64,000 bases of DNA. Origin: Dehalococcoidia bacterium (GTDB taxonomy: Bacteria; Chloroflexota; Dehalococcoidia; Bin125). The position numbers and the translations under genes were made by a program. Shown one piece after another: positions 61,241 to 64,000 of this stretch. Under the pieces are notes generated by a model. It was not told where the DNA came from, ran no database searches, and worked only from the letters and a program-made list of their open reading frames with translations. The first letter of the stretch is position 1, and the number at the start of each line of letters is the position of its first letter. The stretch lies in the NCBI GenBank assembly GCA_963662615.2, contig CAXXSR010000002.1, forward strand, positions 1-64,000, read 5' to 3'.

Positions 61241-63381
61241 CTAGGCGGCGGCACGCTCTTCCGCGGTCGGCAGGGCGGTGGGGGCGTCGCCCGCGCGCTC
61301 CTGCCCTCGCAGCTTGAATGCCGCGACCCGCTGGTTGAGTTCGTCCGCCATGCGGCCCAACGACTCCGAGGCCGCCGTCACCTCCTGCACCTGCGCGCTC
61401 ATCTCTTGCGCCGCCGCCGAGACCTCCTGCGTGCCGGCGCTGTTCTCCTGGGCGACGGCGGCGATCGATCCCACCGCCTCGCTGACGCCCCGCAACTCTT
61501 CGAGGATCTCTCCAATCAGCGTCACCATCTGCCCGCCGGCCTCCTGCAGGTCGTTGGAGTTGGTGGAGAGCTGGCCGATCTCCACGGTGACCGATTCCAC
61601 CGCGGAGAGGATGCCCGCCAGGGCCTCCCCGGCCTCGGCCGCCACCGCGGCGCCGCTCTCCGTCTCCGCCGCCCCCTGCTCCATCGCCTTGACCGACCCG
61701 TCCACGCTTTCCTGCACGCCGCCGATCAGGTCGGCGATGTCCTTGGTGGCGCTGCTGACGCGCTCGGCCAGCTTGCGCACCTCGTCGGCGACGACAGCGA
61801 AGCCGCGGCCCTGCTCGCCGGCCCGGGCCGCCTCAATGGCGGCGTTGAGCGCCAGCAAGTTGGTCTGCGCCGCGATGTCGTCGATCACCGCCACGATCTT
61901 GCCAATCTCGGCCGAGCGCTCGCCCAGCCGGGCAATCTCCTCGGAGGCGGCGGCGACGGTGCTCTTAATCCGGGCCATGCCTTCCACCGTCTTCTGCACC
62001 GCCTCCGCGCCGCCCTGGGCCGTCTCCGTGGCCTGCTTGGCGTTGCCCGCCGCCGCCTCGGCGCGCTCCGCCATGGAGACCGCGGCGGCGGCAACCTGCT
62101 CGCGCGCCTGCTCTTCAATCGTCGCCGCGGACGCCGTGACCTTCTCCACCGACTCGTTGACGCCCTGCACGCTCTTGGCCTGCTCGCCTGTCCCCTCGGC
62201 CACCTGCCCCATCGTCGTAGCGATCTGGCCGGATGCCGCCGCTGCCTCTTTGGCCGCGCCGGCCAACTGATCCTTGGACGTGGCCACACTGCCGGCGGTC
62301 TCGCTCACCTGGCCAATGACGTTGTTCAAATTGTTCGTCATGGTGATGAAGGCGGCGCCCAGCTTGTCCTTCTCCGACTTGGCGGTGACCTCCACGGTGA
62401 GATCCCCATCCGCAATCTGCTCCGCCGCGCCGGCCATGCCCTGCATGTAGTCAACCATGTTGACGAAGGCGTTGCCCAGCGTGTCCTGTTCCGACTTGGG
62501 AGTCACTTCCACCGTGACGTCGCCCTCAGCGATGGTCCCCGCCGCCGTCGCCATCTCACCGAGGTATGCCTGCATGTTGCCGTAGGCGCGGGACATGTCG
62601 CCCACTTCGTCGTTATTCTTGATGCCGACCTTCACGCCCAGATCGCCCACGGCGATGCGCTGAAGTCCGCGCACGATCGCCTTGGTGCCCTTGGACAGGG
62701 ACCAGGACAGGTAGGCCGCCGTGCCCAGGCCAATGGCCACGGCGAGGACGAGCACTACGATGATGATGGTCCGCGAGGACGTGAAGGTGCTGTCCGCTTG
62801 CGCCGCGGAGATGGCCGCTTCGTGCTCGAAGTCGGCCGCAAGCTCTACCAGCTCGTCAACGAAGAGGGCGAACGCCACCTCGCCCTCGCCACTGAGGACG
62901 GCCTCCCCGGCGGCGACGTGAGGCCGGCCTCTTCGTCGGCCTGGACCTCTTCGAGCTCGAGCAGGAAGATGTGCCAGTTCGCGTCGATCTCGGCGACCAG
63001 CGCGAGCTCCGCGCTGTTGAGCAGGCCTGAATTCGCCAGCTCTTCGATCTTGTGCGTGACGTCCGCCGCTTCGACTTCGGCCTCGGCCAGGAAGTGCTCG
63101 GCCTGCTCCTGGAGCTCGGCGGAGTGGACGGGGTCCTCTACCGCGATGTCGGAGGCCATGAGAGCGGCGAGGACGCCCTTCGTCATGTGCTCCTCGACCT
63201 CCAGGCCCTCCTCTTCAATCTGACTGGTCAGGAGGATGGACTGCAGGTCCACCTCAAAGATCTGCTGCGCGTCCCGGTCAAGGCTGCCCATGCGGGTAAT
63301 GGACAGCACTCCCAGCACCGCCGTGAGGGCGATGACGATGCCGAACCCGGCAGCCAGCTTGGCGCTAATGGGTAGTCGCAT
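61241..63381 (-). CDS. Methyl-accepting chemotaxis protein (4HB-like sensor, HAMPs) split by a 1-bp frameshift near 62920
   Basis: [37 protein letters not shown]; N-terminal [12 protein letters not shown] rejoins as [19 protein letters not shown]. Confidence 0.88.
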
Positions 63382-63447
63382 GGTGGGGAACCTTTCGCTC
63401 GCTGAAGTGAGGCCTTGAAGTCTGAAGCCCAATACTCCTGTCGACCG

Positions 63448-64000
63448 CTAATCGGCCGACGCGTCCTCAAGGACGTCGCGCACATTCACCGGCTGAATCG
63501 GGCGATTGTTCGTCCCGACGACGTCCGTGAACGCCTCCGTCTGGGCCGAGGCGATCGGCAACGTGCCGCTGAGCACCGACCATTTCACACTCTCGGAGCA
63601 GGGTGGCGTGGTCAGGGAGCCCATGTAGCGGTAAGCAGTGCGCCCTACCGGCAGGATCGTGTCCAGCATGAAGGCGTGTACTGACGCTTCGTCCCCGGCG
63701 CTGTGTGGCATGGCCTCCCAGATCGGGTCAAGCGCTTCGCTGCGCTCGCCGTGCTCAAAGAGCACGCCCACCACGGCCAGGCTGCCTCCGGCGTTCGCGT
63801 GCACGAAGTGCATCTCCATGGCGAAGTGCTTGTCGTTCAGCTCGTGCTCGCTGGGCACGTGCCAGTGGAACTGGAGCAACTCGTAGCGTCCATCGTCGAT
63901 CACGACGTAGCTGCCGGCTTCCACGTTGGCCTGGATCGTGTGCCCGTTGTTGATGACGTGCAGGTCGGTGACTCCGTAGGCAAAGATGATGTCCGTCAGC
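63448..64000 (-). CDS. Alpha-class carbonic anhydrase (5' end outside the window)
   Basis: NNGHTIQ, QFHWHVPSEH, EMHFVH, YMGSLTTPPCSE, NNRPIQP. Confidence 0.95.
   Translation of the reverse strand, partial: LTDIIFAYGVTDLHVINNGHTIQANVEAGSYVVIDDGRYELLQFHWHVPSEHELNDKHFAMEMHFVHANAGGSLAVVGVLFEHGERSEALDPIWEAMPHSAGDEASVHAFMLDTILPVGRTAYRYMGSLTTPPCSESVKWSVLSGTLPIASAQTEAFTDVVGTNNRPIQPVNVRDVLEDASAD

Overview
GC-rich bacterial DNA. Gene content and lipoprotein style suggest Chloroflexota (Dehalococcoidia-like), which is an inference. The right half (32.3-64 kb) looks like ordinary chromosome: oxidoreductases, a UGSC-type selenoprotein pair, an OmpR/HK/PepSY module, menA/menB/menG with a TetR gene, an NpmA/KamB-like methyltransferase, a xanthine-oxidase-family molybdoenzyme, nhaA, metE, an MCP and an alpha carbonic anhydrase. 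The left half is a tandem array of three related integrative elements at the 3' end of tRNA-Lys(UUU) (32188-32263, minus strand). Each begins with a tRNA-Lys 3'-half repeat and a closely related ~320-aa tyrosine recombinase. The most unusual signal is a second tRNA-derived site about 10 bp after each recombinase stop codon, built on TTCCCAA, a tRNA-Gly(CCC)-type anticodon loop. Further copies of this site lie inside the islands without a recombinase (28270-28322 and a degenerate one at 13406-13462) and divide the cargo into modules. A 44-bp four-half-site palindrome (GTCGGA-N6-GTCGGA-N8-TCCGAC-N6-TCCGAC) clusters near module ends. Together these suggest an integron-like cassette-capture system using tRNA-mimic att sites and carrying amino-acid uptake and catabolism cargo; this is untested. 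Several single-base frameshifts may be sequencing errors. All calls were made by eye, with no database searches.
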